Shown: piece by piece, positions 10,674-19,912 of the stretch
Numbering within the stretch: position 1 is the stretch's first letter
How the letters are laid out: each line of letters begins with the position of its first letter
Assembly (NCBI RefSeq): GCF_002506515.1
Contig: NZ_DAXS01000068.1
Span: forward strand, 20,927 to 84,926
Source of the DNA: Caldivirga sp. UBA161
GTDB lineage: Archaea; Thermoproteota; Thermoprotei; Thermoproteales; Thermocladiaceae
Direction: 5' to 3'
DNA length: 64,000 nucleotides
Made by a program: the position numbers and the translations under genes
Notes under the pieces: model-generated
Told to the model about the DNA's origin: nothing
The model's input: only the letters and a program-made list of their open reading frames with translations
Database searches by the model: none

Positions 10674-11485
10674 GAAATCACCAGTATTGTTAACATTGGT
10701 AGTAGAATTATTATAAGTGGCTCAATTAACACTACTATTGGGCTACTGAGATTAATGCTAATGACTTTCTCCATACTTAGGAATAACTTAATTAAAATAT
10801 ACTCAACCACCACTATGATTACGTATGATGCTGCAATGATTAATGGTATATAGGCTACTGCAGCAATAGCCCAGCCATCAATCATTAGCCTAAGTCGCTT
10901 GAAGGCATCAGTTAAGTAATTAAGGTAATTCAATGAAATGTAAATTGATGATAATGCAATAATCGCTGTGAATATTAGGTAAATTAATGTTGTGTAGCCT
11001 GCTAATTCATTGAATAATTTGGCTGTGAAGTAGGCTGAGGGATTCTGAGGTATGATTAAGGTTCCATTGATAATACTGCTTGAATTAGTAAACTTAATTA
11101 TAATTGGATAACCATAATAGTATTCCCTAATTAAGGTGCAGTTTAATGCCTGCGCCACTTGAGTGCTTAGATTCCCTGGTGCTTCACTAAGCATTAAGCA
11201 TTCATTGTCCTTAACATGGATTCCATATAAGCCTGCGTAGGCTGTGTTAATTATGTAGAATGATACCTTAATCCCATTCACTGTAAGTACCCCGTAATTC
11301 ACTGAGACTTTAATTAGGCTACCATTATACTGCTGGTTATAGGCTACCGCATAGTGGGCTATTATTACTGAAATTAAGGCTATTGATGATGCTATTGAGA
11401 AGAGTAAATACCTTAACGTGAATGCCCTTAAACCTACGTGTATTGCCTTAAGCTTAAGCCTAGTATTACGCATGAATAACCGCAC
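10649..11485 (-). CDS. Membrane protein with FtsX-like topology (TM1, ~110-aa outside domain, 3 TMs)
   Basis: 278-aa ORF. The basic N-terminus followed by a TM (NTRLKLKAIHVGLRAFTLRYLLFSIASSIALISVII) resembles ABC permease FtsX/MacB N-termini. It overlaps both neighbouring genes. Confidence 0.5.
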   Translation of the reverse strand: MRLFMRNTRLKLKAIHVGLRAFTLRYLLFSIASSIALISVIIAHYAVAYNQQYNGSLIKVSVNYGVLTVNGIKVSFYIINTAYAGLYGIHVKDNECLMLSEAPGNLSTQVAQALNCTLIREYYYGYPIIIKFTNSSSIINGTLIIPQNPSAYFTAKLFNELAGYTTLIYLIFTAIIALSSIYISLNYLNYLTDAFKRLRLMIDGWAIAAVAYIPLIIAASYVIIVVVEYILIKLFLSMEKVISINLSSPIVVLIEPLIIILLPMLTILVISWRRSSWY

Positions 11486-12029
11486 CTACGGTGGTTAACT
11501 CAAGGTACTCTACGTAGGCAGCTATGAAGAGTATTACCACTGATAGGAGTAGCCTAAGTACCCAATGAGTCAGGATTATGCTCAAGGACCTCCGCTTAAT
11601 TACATTCACTGAGGTGTCAACTGAATTATAGGCTGATAATGAGTATGAGAATAATTCCAGTAATCCATGAGGTAATATGGCTGATGAAACATACGCTAAA
11701 ATAAGGTATAGTACGCTAACGCCAATGCTACTGACCACAATGTAGCCAAGCGCGATTCCTGTGAATCCAATTAAAATAACATACATTATTGGGCCTATGA
11801 ATGGTATATTCATTATTAAGTTAAGGCTGAGGTTATGAGTGAATATTACCATGTATGATGGGTGCCGCGCAATGTTTTCAAGCTCCTGTAACTCACTCTT
11901 ACTCAGCACTTGAATACCCCTTAATGACATTAAGTAACCGATAACCTCACCCACCGCTAAAATTAAGAATGTCGTTAAGTAGTAGATTAATACTCTTCTT
12001 GTTAAAACATGCTGCATCCTAAGCACCAT
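11466..12029 (-). CDS. SpoIIM/DUF95-like integral membrane protein
   Basis: 187-aa ORF with multiple TMs and a PHGLLELFSY motif, comparable to the PHGxxE motif of stage II sporulation protein M-like proteins. Confidence 0.55.
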   Translation of the reverse strand: MVLRMQHVLTRRVLIYYLTTFLILAVGEVIGYLMSLRGIQVLSKSELQELENIARHPSYMVIFTHNLSLNLIMNIPFIGPIMYVILIGFTGIALGYIVVSSIGVSVLYLILAYVSSAILPHGLLELFSYSLSAYNSVDTSVNVIKRRSLSIILTHWVLRLLLSVVILFIAAYVEYLELTTVGAVIHA

Positions 12030-12205
12030 AGGTTACCCTTAGTTTCAGGGTTTTTGTCCTTTTCCATAATACAATAACGGTAATTAATGGGAATCAGTAA
12101 TTACCCCGCTATTATGAATTCCCTGAGGCAACTTACTTAATTTAATGAATTTAAGGAAGCGTTATTTAACAATGAATTTGCGTTAATGAATATAGTGCAA
12201 TATAA

Positions 12206-12496
12206 CTATAGCCTGCTTATTCTGTATAGCATGAATAATCCCACTAGGCTCAGTAATGTTGATACCAGCAATGGTAAGGCAATGTGGTAATCAATATTAC
12301 GCATCACCCACCAGTAGTAGTATGATGATAGAAGTATCATGCTTTGAACCAGGAATAGGAATGCAGCTGAGATTAATAATTTACCAACAGGTGTAAAGCC
12401 TGTATCCAAGTATTCTCTTAGAATGAACGCCACTAGGATTGTTTGAACCACTACCAATATTATATTAATCATCCACAATAAGTCGTTTACAGTCAT
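12206..12496 (-). CDS. Small membrane protein (3 predicted TMs)
   Basis: The ORF track extends to 12631, but that part overlaps the 3' end of the S11 gene. The internal Met at 12496 is followed by hydrophobic helices, and a TATA-like TATATAAAG (12512-12520) lies upstream. Confidence 0.35.
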   Translation of the reverse strand: MTVNDLLWMINIILVVVQTILVAFILREYLDTGFTPVGKLLISAAFLFLVQSMILLSSYYYWWVMRNIDYHIALPLLVSTLLSLVGLFMLYRISRL

Positions 12497-12551
12497 ATAG
12501 TAGGAAGCGGTTGGAGTTAATATATAAAGATTTTTCAACCTTAAAGCCGAA

Positions 12552-13055
12552 TTACACTCTCCTACCCCTCCTACCTCCAGGTGGCCTAATGGTATCATGG
12601 GGTATTGGAGTAACATCCTCGATTCTACCAATTATCATGCCTGCCCTAGCCAAAGCCCTAATAGCCGCCACAGCACCTGGCCCTGGAACCTTAAGCCCAT
12701 ATCCACCAGGACCCCTAACCTTAACATGAACAGCATTAATGCCCCTTGCCATGGCTATTTGAGCCGCCTTATAGGCAGCCATCATTGCTGCATACGGGCT
12801 TGGCTTATCCCTATCAGCCTTAACAACCTGCCCACCACTAACCCTAGCCACAGTCTCGCCTCCCGTTAAATCAGTGATAATTATCATAGTGTTATTGGAG
12901 CTTGCGTAAATGTAAGCAATACCCCACCTAAGCTTCCTCAACTGCTGCACCTGCTGGGGTGTAGTTTGAGTTACAGGTTGCTGAACCTGCTCCTGTGCTT
13001 CCCCCTGAGCCTGCTGGGTGGCTTCCTGTTCATTGGATGATGCTTCAGTAGGCAC
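12552..13055 (-). CDS. rps11: 30S ribosomal protein uS11 (with Q/E/T-rich N-terminal extension; start uncertain)
   Basis: The C-terminal ~125 aa are unmistakably S11 ([25 protein letters not shown]...SPYAAMMAA...[16 protein letters not shown]...[10 protein letters not shown]...GGRRGRRV). Candidate starts are ATG 13103, GTG 13055 (22 nt from a TTTATAAA box) and GTG 12950 (canonical ~132-aa product). Confidence 0.88.
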   Translation of the reverse strand: MPTEASSNEQEATQQAQGEAQEQVQQPVTQTTPQQVQQLRKLRWGIAYIYASSNNTMIIITDLTGGETVARVSGGQVVKADRDKPSPYAAMMAAYKAAQIAMARGINAVHVKVRGPGGYGLKVPGPGAVAAIRALARAGMIIGRIEDVTPIPHDTIRPPGGRRGRRV

Positions 13056-13076
13056 AATAACCGCATTCCCTAAGTG

Positions 13077-13084
13077 TTTATAAA
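13077..13084. promoter_or_regulatory. Palindromic TATA box (TTTATAAA) shared by divergent uS11 and thiL-like genes
   Basis: TTTATAAA is its own reverse complement. It lies ~22 nt from GTG 13055 on the minus strand and ~21-24 nt from GTG 13105/ATG 13108 on the plus strand. Confidence 0.5.
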
Positions 13085-13104
13085 GATATTTTCCACAAGC
13101 CATC

Positions 13105-14055
13105 GTGATGCTTAGGGAACTTGGTGAAGATAAGCTAATTAGAATAATGCAGTCACTGATTGGGTTAAAGTACCCTAATGCCAATAATGATGTATCATAT
13201 GTTGAGTTACCTAATGTAGGCTTACTTACCCTTAAAATTGACGGTGGCTCATTATCAAGAACTAAGGCAGACTTCATGACTTACTATGACGTAGGCTGGA
13301 GAACAACCATTGGAGCAGCCTCAGACCTGTTTGTTAAATTAGCTAAACCAGTAGCATTAGTTACGTCATTAACCCTCAGGGGGGATCATAGTGAAGTTGA
13401 ATTGGAGGAGTTGATTAAGGGTATTAATGATGCAGCCAAGGCTATTGGCGCCGATTACATTGGTGGTGACTTAAATGAGGGTAATGATGATGTATTAGAC
13501 GTTGCATTACTTGGGATTGCAAGTAAACCTATAGGTAGGGTGCCTCAGTTAGGTGACGTGTTAGTTACAATACCTGAATTCGGTTTCACTGGGTTAGTCT
13601 TTAAACTCTGGTATAGCGGCTTACTTAATAATTACACTAATGACCCAATTATAGTTAAGGGGATTGAATTAACCAGAAGGCCAAAGCCCTGGATGCCTAG
13701 TTATGAATTAATCAATAGAATTAACTGCATTAATGCATCAATGGATTCAAGCGATGGCTTAGGGAGGGTTTTGCATGAAATGGGTAAGGGCGTTAAGATA
13801 AGGGTTTACTCATTACCTGTTAATGGTGATGTTGAATTAGCCTGCCGTAGATACAGCCTAAGCCTAGAGGAGGTGATTTTTAATGGTGGTGAGGAGTACT
13901 TACCCGTATTTTCAATAAAGCCGGAATGCCTAGGCTATTTTAAGGCTATGGGATTCATGGACTTCGCTAAAGTGGAGGAGGGTAGTGGCGTGTACTTGGA
14001 TTCAAGGGAACTTAAGTACAGGGGGTGGGTTTACTTCACTAAACCAAGTTACTAA
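13105..14055 (+). CDS. thiL: Thiamine-monophosphate kinase (AIR-synthase-related fold)
   Basis: 316-aa ORF with an N-terminal LGEDKLIRI... and a GGDLNEG metal/ATP motif. Its size and layout match ThiL. Confidence 0.7.
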   Translation: MMLRELGEDKLIRIMQSLIGLKYPNANNDVSYVELPNVGLLTLKIDGGSLSRTKADFMTYYDVGWRTTIGAASDLFVKLAKPVALVTSLTLRGDHSEVELEELIKGINDAAKAIGADYIGGDLNEGNDDVLDVALLGIASKPIGRVPQLGDVLVTIPEFGFTGLVFKLWYSGLLNNYTNDPIIVKGIELTRRPKPWMPSYELINRINCINASMDSSDGLGRVLHEMGKGVKIRVYSLPVNGDVELACRRYSLSLEEVIFNGGEEYLPVFSIKPECLGYFKAMGFMDFAKVEEGSGVYLDSRELKYRGWVYFTKPSY

Positions 14056-14111
14056 CCCCTTAAGGTTCAGTTAAGGAAAATTTAAATAATAAATAAAGCA
14101 GTAATGCAGCC

Positions 14112-14648
14112 ATGGTGAGGGGCCTATTCATAGGTAGGTTTCAGCCGCCGCATTGGGGCCATATTTGGGCCATTAAGGCTATCCTAAGTGATGTTAATGA
14201 AGTCATAGTTGTCTTGGGGTCAGCTCAATTCAACTATATAGAAAAGGACCCCTTCACTGTTGGGGAGAGGATATGGATGCTTAGGGAAGGGTTAAGGGAG
14301 GGTGGAGTTGACCTCAGTAGGGTTATAATAGTCCCAGTACCTAATATTGAGAACAATGCCGCTTGGTTAAGCTACATTAAATCCTACTTACCTCCATTTC
14401 AAGTAGCCTATACGGGTAATCCATTTGTAGCCATGCTGCTTAAGGAAGGTGGAGTTGAAGTTAGGCAGCAGCCAATCTTCGATAGAGGTAAGTATGTGTC
14501 AAGTAGGATTAGGGAAATGATGATTAAGGGTGACTCAACCTGGAGGGAACTCGTACCAAGCTCAGTGGCTAAGATAATAGATGAGGTTAAGGGCGTTGAG
14601 AGGCTTAGGATCATAATTACTGGTGAGGCTGAGCCCCATAAATGGTAA
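14112..14648 (+). CDS. nadM: Nicotinamide-nucleotide adenylyltransferase (archaeal type)
   Basis: 178-aa ORF. It carries GRFQPPHWGH (the (H/T)xGH nucleotidyltransferase motif), PFTVGERI, and a C-terminal IDEVKGVERLR typical of archaeal NMNAT. Confidence 0.9.
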   Translation: MVRGLFIGRFQPPHWGHIWAIKAILSDVNEVIVVLGSAQFNYIEKDPFTVGERIWMLREGLREGGVDLSRVIIVPVPNIENNAAWLSYIKSYLPPFQVAYTGNPFVAMLLKEGGVEVRQQPIFDRGKYVSSRIREMMIKGDSTWRELVPSSVAKIIDEVKGVERLRIIITGEAEPHKW

Positions 14649-14829
14649 TCATGCTACGGCATCTTCATAAATAACCATAGGGCTTAAGTTACAGATAGGG
14701 TTAACACCCTAATTAAACATCAACCTCTCTCAAAATTATTGATCATTGTTAAAGTCTTAACGCATTTGATGAGTGGTTTATTCATGTTCATCGTAATGCA
14801 TTAATAGGTTAACGTACTCATAAGTAAGC

Positions 14830-15561
14830 ATGGAGGTGAATATCGTAGGCCTAATAGATAACACGTACTTAAGGCCCTATGGCTCCACGAGGGAGGTTGA
14901 GGCCTTGATTGAGGATACTGCCAAGTATGGTGCGTATTCAATAGTAGTAAACCCAGTATTCCTTCGATACGCCAGGGAATATATGGCGCGTAAGGGCTAC
15001 AATTTTAAGGTTGCTACAGTTATTGACTTCCCATTTGGCACCAACACCACTGAGGCTAGGGTTGATGCCATTAAACACTATTCACAATACGCGGATGAGT
15101 TCGATGTAGTAGTGCCAATGGGCCTTGTTAAGTCTAGGCTATGGAGTGAAGTTGAGTATGATATCGATACCGTAGTTGAGGCTGCGCATAGGGAGGGTAA
15201 GGTCATTAAGATAATTGTTGAAGACGCCTACACAACAGGGGAGGAGAAGCTTGAATTATATAGGATTGTAATTCAGTCTGGGGCTGATTTCATAAAGACA
15301 AGTACGGGATTTGAGGAGCGGGATTACGCTGAGAAGCTTGGTAACAGGACTGGTGCTCAGATTGAGAATGTTAGGTTAATGGCAGAGTTATCTAGGAGGT
15401 ATAATCCTAGGATTGGAATTAAGGTTGCTGGCGGCATAAGGACATACCAGCAGATCCTTGATTTAATGAGAGCGGCTGAGAGGGAACCTGAACCGAGGAG
15501 ATTTAGGGTTGGTACTAGCCACATAATGAGTATTATTGAAAGTATGAAGAATATTCGTTAG
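14830..15561 (+). CDS. deoC: Deoxyribose-phosphate aldolase
   Basis: 243-aa ORF with IDNTYLRP (substrate pocket start), FIKTSTGF (Schiff-base Lys region) and KVAGGIRT. Confidence 0.85.
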   Translation: MEVNIVGLIDNTYLRPYGSTREVEALIEDTAKYGAYSIVVNPVFLRYAREYMARKGYNFKVATVIDFPFGTNTTEARVDAIKHYSQYADEFDVVVPMGLVKSRLWSEVEYDIDTVVEAAHREGKVIKIIVEDAYTTGEEKLELYRIVIQSGADFIKTSTGFEERDYAEKLGNRTGAQIENVRLMAELSRRYNPRIGIKVAGGIRTYQQILDLMRAAEREPEPRRFRVGTSHIMSIIESMKNIR

Positions 15562-15707
15562 TTAAGTAATTAATCAATATTGGAGGAGAGTATTAATAAG
15601 GTGGGAAGTATTCAATTACTGCATGTAGTCAACGTAGTTCAGTGCGATTAGGGGTTATGTGGGTATTTCAGTAACATTGCTAGTACTGTAGTTCTATGGC
15701 ATTAAGA

Positions 15708-17486
15708 CTAGGGGGAGATTATGAACACTTTTGATATTAGTGGGGATGCTAAGTATATTGCAAGCACTATTGCTGTTATGGCTATTGCATGCTTAAAGCC
15801 AGCAGACAGCTCCCCCTCACCTAGTTTACCCGCTACTAAACCCATTATGAATGAGTCAACAACGGTGGTTAGGGCGAAGCTACCTATAACATAGTTAACG
15901 TAGTATTGAGGAATATGCAGGAGGACGCTAGATAAGTTAACTACAGTGAATACCATTATTACTAAGGTTAAGGTGAGTATCATTGCCCCAATATAAGGTA
16001 CGAACCTAAGTGGCTTAAGCCTTGCAAGTAAGTCGTCGTTAATCCTAATCATTAACGATGAGAATGATGCCAGTGACTCAAGGGTCTCAGGGGTTGCTCC
16101 ACCGTACTCTATGGACTCAAGCAGCAGCCATGCGAAAACCCTAGCGTAATAGGATTTTGTCTTATTCATGAATTCCGATAAGACAACCCTAATTGGTATA
16201 CCGTACCTAATCTGCTTACTAATGTCCCTAAGGTACCTGGATAAGGCACCATAATCCCTAGTGTCAGCCAGTGTGCTTATAATCTTCTCAGGTGTAAATC
16301 CACTCTTACGCAATTCAGTGAAGTCCCTGAGGAAGTCTGAGAAAGCCCTCTCAAGGCTACGCCTCTCAGCAATAACCCTCTCAGCATATAGGGCTGCTGG
16401 GGTGTAGGCTACCACTAGGACAATGGCCATGTAGGTTGCGAAATCCAGGCTTACTGGCCCCACGCTTATTGAGTAACCTAAGTCACCGTGAAACACGGAA
16501 CTGTAGCCAATTAGGAGAGCCACCATGGCTACCATTGATGATACGCCAACCGCTATGTAAGGCCTAACATCAGTGTACGGTACCCTATATATTGAGACTT
16601 CACCAAGGTATATGAAGGCTATTGATATTGCTGGGATAACTAATAGGCCGAAGAGTAAATTATTACTGACCGCCTGCTGAAGTGCACCCACTGAATTACC
16701 AGTCGGCGTTATTGCTTGGGCTAGGTAAAGCACGTTGAGGCCTATTAGCAGTATAACACCAGCCCCAATGTATGATTCCATTAGTGTTGATAGGAATTCA
16801 GCACCCCTCCTTATTTTATCAAGCGTATTGTTAACTATTTCATTGAGCCTTATTTCAAGGTAGTGGAGTATGTCTCCCCCAGTCCTAACGTTAGTTACAT
16901 AACCCATTATTAGGTTTTGAAATAGGTGGCTTGGCGTACTTAATGCTGCCTCAGTTAAGGCGGTTAACGGATCCATGCCTATTGCCTTATTCTTAACAAC
17001 AATCTCCCTAGCTATCCTACCTATAGCCTCAAGTAACTTAATGTTGGCTAACCTCTCTATGGCTGATGTTACGCTTAATCCAGATTGAGAAATCATGGCT
17101 AAGTATGCGGCGAAGAAGGGGAGTTCTGAGTCAACCTTATATTGAAGGTCAGAGAGCTGCATTTTAGGTAACGCCATCATCATTGCGTAAACTATGAAGG
17201 GGAGCATAATCATTACTAAGCCTATGCCTAGAATTATAATGGACTTAACGGTTAAGCCTACTGCATTCATTATTGCCTCAATGCTAGTGTAGGTTAAGTA
17301 TAATCCGATTGGTATTGAGAATACTGCAGTGATTATTGAAGCAAAGAAGACTCTCGCCATGAATCTCTCAGGCAGCATATAAACCTTAGCATTCTTCAGT
17401 ATCCTCTCAAGCCGTTCCCCCCGCCTCTTAACATACCAGTTAACTAGTGGTCCAGTAATCATTAATGATAATTCATCAAAGTCCAC
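15708..17486 (-). CDS. FlaJ/TadC-type (T2SS-F domain) polytopic membrane platform protein of an archaeal type IV pilus/archaellum-like system
   Basis: 592-aa ORF. It has two repeats of a cytoplasmic helical domain followed by TM bundles, with the size and layout typical of FlaJ/TadC. Confidence 0.7.
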   Translation of the reverse strand: MDFDELSLMITGPLVNWYVKRRGERLERILKNAKVYMLPERFMARVFFASIITAVFSIPIGLYLTYTSIEAIMNAVGLTVKSIIILGIGLVMIMLPFIVYAMMMALPKMQLSDLQYKVDSELPFFAAYLAMISQSGLSVTSAIERLANIKLLEAIGRIAREIVVKNKAIGMDPLTALTEAALSTPSHLFQNLIMGYVTNVRTGGDILHYLEIRLNEIVNNTLDKIRRGAEFLSTLMESYIGAGVILLIGLNVLYLAQAITPTGNSVGALQQAVSNNLLFGLLVIPAISIAFIYLGEVSIYRVPYTDVRPYIAVGVSSMVAMVALLIGYSSVFHGDLGYSISVGPVSLDFATYMAIVLVVAYTPAALYAERVIAERRSLERAFSDFLRDFTELRKSGFTPEKIISTLADTRDYGALSRYLRDISKQIRYGIPIRVVLSEFMNKTKSYYARVFAWLLLESIEYGGATPETLESLASFSSLMIRINDDLLARLKPLRFVPYIGAMILTLTLVIMVFTVVNLSSVLLHIPQYYVNYVIGSFALTTVVDSFIMGLVAGKLGEGELSAGFKHAIAITAIVLAIYLASPLISKVFIISP

Positions 17487-17785
17487 TAGTATTACTCTAG
17501 TATTTGCTTATAAAGTTTACTTAAGAAGTAACCTTCAGGCAGGCATGTGGTTCATATGTATGAGTATGCGCATTCCATTAACTCCTTAATATTGATTTAG
17601 TTTTAATGCCCACCACTGAGTGGCGCTTTATGATTATGCTTAAACTGCCTTAGTAGCCAATCCTATGCCCATCATGGTTTAGGCAATGCCTAAGGGAGCA
17701 GCCTTCAAGAAAGTGCACTGGGAAATAACTAACAATCCTAATTCTTTAGAGGCAAATTAATTTAATGCTTTACGCTTATACTGCT

Positions 17786-18430
17786 TTAACCATTAAGGTA
17801 ATCTAGGATGCTTGAACCACCCTTATTAATACTGAATGCCTTAGCTAAGTCCTCCTTAATCACGCTCCTCACTGACGGATTATATAACGCGGCTGCTGGG
17901 TGGTAAGTGGGGTAAACATCTGCATTAACTCCAGCAATGTTAATCTTAAATACCTTACCCCTAACTTTAGTTAATTCACTGAAGCTTAAACCGTTGAGGC
18001 TAAGTATTACTCTTGTACTATGCCTGCCTAAGGTTATTATCTTCCTAGGCCTCACCGCTGCTATTTGCCTAATTAAATATGGTTTACAGGCATTAATCTC
18101 CTCCTCAGTTGGATCCCTATTATTAGGTGGCCTACACTTAACAACATTAGTTATATATAAGTTACCCCTACTAATCCCAATCTCATGAAGTAACTCATCA
18201 AGTAGCTTCCCAGCAGCACCGACAAATGGCCTACCAGTCTCATCCTCAACCCTACCTGGCGCCTCCCCAATTAACATGACCTCAGCCCTTGGATTACCCT
18301 CACCAGGCACAGCCTTCTTCCTACTTAAATATAGGGGGCACTTCCTGCAGCTACTTACCTCAGCATTAATTCTAGCTAGCTCGCTATCTTCCTTATTCTG
18401 CTGCTCACTACTATGATTCATAGCATCCAC
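17786..18430 (-). CDS. udg: Uracil-DNA glycosylase, family 4 (thermophilic Fe-S type)
   Basis: 214-aa ORF with CRKCPL near the N-terminus, [26 protein letters not shown] and YHPAA motifs. Confidence 0.9.
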   Translation of the reverse strand: MDAMNHSSEQQNKEDSELARINAEVSSCRKCPLYLSRKKAVPGEGNPRAEVMLIGEAPGRVEDETGRPFVGAAGKLLDELLHEIGISRGNLYITNVVKCRPPNNRDPTEEEINACKPYLIRQIAAVRPRKIITLGRHSTRVILSLNGLSFSELTKVRGKVFKINIAGVNADVYPTYHPAAALYNPSVRSVIKEDLAKAFSINKGGSSILDYLNG

Positions 18431-18586
18431 AGGACTGGTTAAACCCCACTCCTCCCTATTTAAGGGTTAGAGATACCCACTACACTATTATTCCTTAAAT
18501 CATTAAGCCTATGCCCTCTTAATGCTTCTTAATTGAATTATTCTTAAGCATAATTTTTATAAGCATAAGGTATCTATTTAAATCTG

Positions 18587-19339
18587 ATGAGGAGCGTTTG
18601 CCCATTGCTTAAAAAGACTGAGGGAGGCTACATTTGCGGTGCGGTTAATCGCACCGTTAATCCTGAGGCTTGGTACTGCTTCATGGACTACCCATCATGC
18701 CCACTATACATTAATTACATTAGGAGGCAGAAGGGGCAGGAAACCCAAGCTGTAGCTCAGACTCAGCAGGTAACAACGGAGGTTAAGCCAATAGTTACCG
18801 TTACCCAGCAGGCGCCAGCTAGGACAGCCATTAGTGAACCTGAGGATGAGGCTGTCAGTAAGTTGAGGAGTATACTTGATTCAATGCAGGGAAGGGTTAA
18901 ATCACTTGATGAGTTGTGGAAGGATTATGAGGATAAGGCCAATACCGCCAAGGGTGAGTTGGATAGGAATGAACACTTGATAATGCAGTACATAGCTTCC
19001 CTTGAGGGTATTAAGGCTAACCTTGAGGAATCCATTAAGGAACTTGAGTACAGGAGGAGTGCTGGTATTATTGATGAGGAGTCTTACAGTAAGGCTAAGG
19101 AGTATGTAGATAAGAGGCTTAGTAATGTCTCCCAGCAGCTCAGTGAGATGAAGGAGATTTTCAATAAGATCCAGGAATCAATACTAACACATTATAAGAG
19201 GATTTTATCAGAGAGCACTGAGGCCGCTAAGGTTAAGTTATCCCTGGCCAAGCTTGAGGAACTTTACAGGACAGGTAAAGTAAGTAAGGAGGTTTATGAG
19301 AAGATTAAGGCTCAATTAGCGGTAATAGGTGGTCAGTAA
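18587..19339 (+). CDS. Cys4 N-terminal domain + Q/T-rich linker + coiled-coil protein with SHOCT-like motifs
   Basis: 250-aa ORF with N-terminal Cys spacing C-x11-C-x13-C-x6-C. The helical C-terminal part contains AGIIDEESYSKAKEYV and LEELYRTGKVSKEVYEKIKAQL. Confidence 0.6.
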   Translation: MRSVCPLLKKTEGGYICGAVNRTVNPEAWYCFMDYPSCPLYINYIRRQKGQETQAVAQTQQVTTEVKPIVTVTQQAPARTAISEPEDEAVSKLRSILDSMQGRVKSLDELWKDYEDKANTAKGELDRNEHLIMQYIASLEGIKANLEESIKELEYRRSAGIIDEESYSKAKEYVDKRLSNVSQQLSEMKEIFNKIQESILTHYKRILSESTEAAKVKLSLAKLEELYRTGKVSKEVYEKIKAQLAVIGGQ

Positions 19340-19890
19340 TGGAGGAGTACATTAACGTATATAGGGAGTTAATTAAGGTTCTTGAGGAGAGGTTCAACCA
19401 CTATAAGGAGGGGGTTAAGAGGCTTGATGAGGCTTGGATTAGTTATAGGAATGCTGTTAATGACCTTAAGAGGGAGTGGGATAGCGAATACCCGCTCATC
19501 GAGTCAAGGGTTAATCAGCTTAGAAATGGGATAGAGGGGTTGAAGAAGCAGATTGAGGAGGTTGAGGTTAAGAGGGAGATTGGTTTGATTGATGATGAAT
19601 CATATAATAAGTTGATTAATGAATTAAACAACGCCATGGGTGAATTGAGTAAAATGTATGATGAAGCTAGGGGATTATTGAATGAGCTTGAAAGCGGCTT
19701 GATGAACCATTGGATAAGGTCAATAGACGTCTCCGCAATATCACAGGACACAGTAGAGAACTTAACTAAGAATCTTGATGAGGCTAAGGCTAATGGGCAG
19801 ATAAGTGAGGAAACTTACAATAGGCTTAAGAGGGATCTTAACCTACTCATTAAGGCGCTTCAAGCTTACTCACTGCTGCTGAAGAGTTAA
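19339..19890 (+). CDS. Coiled-coil protein, paralogue of the C-terminal half of the preceding gene
   Basis: 183-aa ORF. Its start overlaps the upstream stop (TAATG). It shares LDE.W..Y...L..I..L...I.E.E..R..G.ID.ESY.K with the upstream protein, and has a second motif ANGQISEETYNRLKRDL. Confidence 0.6.
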   Translation: MEEYINVYRELIKVLEERFNHYKEGVKRLDEAWISYRNAVNDLKREWDSEYPLIESRVNQLRNGIEGLKKQIEEVEVKREIGLIDDESYNKLINELNNAMGELSKMYDEARGLLNELESGLMNHWIRSIDVSAISQDTVENLTKNLDEAKANGQISEETYNRLKRDLNLLIKALQAYSLLLKS

Positions 19891-19912
19891 TGCTAAAAAC
19901 ACTGAGCTAGTA

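Noticed and set aside
12497-12631. N-terminal 45 codons of ORF 12206..12631.
   Set aside because: They overlap the conserved 3' end of the S11 gene on the same strand in another frame. The internal Met at 12496 precedes the hydrophobic helices and has a TATA-like box upstream.
13103-13277. Upstream part of ORF 12552..13277, which would extend S11 to 241 aa.
   Set aside because: It overlaps the 5' end of the well-supported divergent thiL-like gene, lies upstream of the TATA box at 13077-13084, and the extra residues have no S11 similarity.
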